A stretch of 64,000 bases of DNA from Narcine bancroftii (taxonomy: Eukaryota). Of the stretch, positions 63,766-64,000 are shown one piece after another (within the stretch, counting starts at the first letter, position 1; each line of letters starts with the position of its first letter). The translations under genes and the position numbers were made by a program. Under the pieces are notes generated by a model, which saw only the letters and a list, made by a program, of their open reading frames with translations, was not told where the DNA came from and did not search any database. The stretch lies in the NCBI RefSeq assembly GCF_036971445.1, contig NC_091480.1:23808001-23872000 (forward strand), read 5' to 3'.

Positions 63766-64000
63766 CACATGAAGACCAGCCGGAAGGAAAACCAATCACT
63801 GCTTTTTTGGGGAGGAGAGGGGCAAGAGTAGGAAATAGATCATTTGTGGTTCAAACCCCTATAAAAGGAGGCAGGAGAGAAAGATAAAAGAACAACCTAC
63901 TGGTGCGGGAAATTTCAACAAAAGTATGAAGACAAAGGAACTGGGAGAATGGAATGGAGTTCTGACAGGAAGCAGAGCAGGAGATGGCACAGTCAAAATA

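Overview
Eukaryotic, AT-rich, repeat-dense genomic DNA. The repeat complement (HE1/V-SINE-like tRNA SINEs, HER1-type CR1 LINEs, DeuSINE/SacSINE1-like relics, Rex1-like LINEs, Penelope-like elements) points to a cartilaginous fish (shark or ray); this is inferred from family recognition, not from a search. I cannot identify any host protein-coding exon, rRNA, tRNA or CRISPR array. Every ORF I recognise is transposon-derived (L1 ORF1 and ORF2, Tx1, CR1, Rex1, Penelope GIY-YIG, Chapaev3 transposase). The main unexplained structure is a pair of diverged, homologous, CpG-retaining ~0.5 kb promoter/first-exon-like modules (10390-10880 on -, 24478-25016 on +) that point away from each other about 14 kb apart, with no recognisable CDS downstream of either. 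Other notable structures are: a palindrome with ~98%-identical arms whose spacer is copied from 5.8 kb away; a tailless 5'-half L1 with a perfect 15-bp TSD; an L1 with a triplicated zinc knuckle; a composite two-MITE hAT element; and two minisatellites. Repeat boundaries are approximate (tens of bp) unless a TSD or TIR is quoted. Identities were estimated by eye.
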